Positions 6,211-6,233 of a DNA stretch of 6,233 bases are shown one piece after another. How positions within the stretch are numbered: the first letter of the stretch is position 1; every line of letters begins with the position of its first letter. The notes under the pieces are model-generated. The model saw only the letters and a list, made by a program, of their open reading frames with translations, made no database searches and was not told the DNA's origin. The position numbers and the translations under genes are program-made. Source of the DNA: Prasinococcaceae sp. CCMP 1430 (Eukaryota > Plantae > Prasinodermophyta); NCBI GenBank assembly GCA_013416795.1, contig RQSC01000466.1, positions 5,054 to 11,286 on the forward strand, given 5' to 3'.

Positions 6211-6216
<6 letters not shown>

Positions 6217-6233
6217 CGCGCGGCGCGCGGGCG

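Overview
Eukaryotic, very GC-rich nuclear DNA (probably an alga) interrupted by a block of plastid DNA and by assembly gaps. Bases 2-1310 (+) hold the 3' part of a phosphoinositide-specific phospholipase C (X-Y linker, Y catalytic half-domain, C2 domain). The Arg-rich tail of the supplied 491-aa ORF is most likely intron read-through. Splicing a GT-AG intron at 1129-1219 instead gives a short Gly/Ala-rich last exon ending ...GAGCTCAVS*, a CaaX prenylation box with an adjacent Cys, which is the most interesting biological signal here. Bases 1925-3746 (-) are an AT-richer, divergent plastid rRNA operon fragment: 3' half of trnI, intact intronless trnA(UGC), and the 5' ~1.67 kb of 23S rRNA. It is bracketed by two apparently identical 686-bp copies of the PLC 3' end (1238-1923 and 3744-4429). 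Both copies stop at the same base next to an N, so this is either a fresh NUPT allele or a scaffolding/chimera artefact. A 984-N gap (4430-5413) may hide a convergent minus-strand gene. The right end is low-complexity GC-rich DNA with a G-quadruplex motif and an AT-rich island carrying hairpins.
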